Positions 63,843 through 64,000 of a stretch of DNA of 64,000 nt are shown here, piece after piece. The first letter of the stretch is position 1, and each line of letters starts with the position of its first letter. The stretch is from Thecamonas trahens ATCC 50062 (Eukaryota > Protista > Apusomonadida): the NCBI RefSeq assembly GCF_000142905.1, contig NW_013657677.1, positions 248,001 through 312,000 on the forward strand, given 5' to 3'. Both the position numbers and the translations under genes were made by a program. A model generated the notes under the pieces. The model was not told where the DNA came from, did no database searches, and was given only the letters and a program-made list of their open reading frames with translations.

Positions 63843-64000
63843 GGCTCTGCGATGATGGTGATGGGATATGTTGGAGAGTGGCTGCAGGTGCTTTGGCTGG
63901 CGATGTGCTCGTTGGTTGACTGGTGTGCATGCATGTCGTGGTGTGTGTGGAGGTGGTGGGGGTGGTGGGGTGTGGGCGAGGAGGATCACGCCACTCGCTA

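Overview
GC-rich, very gene-dense eukaryotic (protist) genomic DNA with about 27 protein genes, a few short GT-AG introns, one 100-N gap, and no supportable rRNA, tRNA, CRISPR array or intact transposon. Style and gene content resemble an apusomonad such as Thecamonas (inference only). Recognisable genes: an FtsX/MacB-type permease, Tonsoku-like (TONSL), a solute-binding-domain receptor with kinase/cyclase-like/pseudokinase domains, TEDC1, a classical PTP, pyridoxal kinase, PWP2, a histidine phosphatase, a membrane class-3 lipase, a homeobox protein, a DEP + soluble-adenylyl-cyclase + STAND ATPase protein, PP2C, LRRC45, an M23-CUB-(PAPT)n-TM-SH3 surface protein, NIPSNAP, RPL18A, TVP38/TMEM64, AAMP/Sqt1, katanin p60, a RasGEF and an ALDH22/Msc7-like dehydrogenase. 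Four observations stand out. (1) A surface-tethered, bacterial-type M23 peptidoglycan peptidase is coupled to a cytoplasmic Tyr/PxxP/SH3 tail. (2) A 38-nt stem-loop with an identical loop and co-varying stems starts exactly 15 nt after the stop codon of two unrelated signalling genes 30.7 kb apart. (3) Ten genes carry 13 frame breaks, all -1 and all at short homopolymers; these are probably sequencing under-calls but can be tested against recoding. (4) Two convergent gene pairs share a single CTAG as the stop on both strands.
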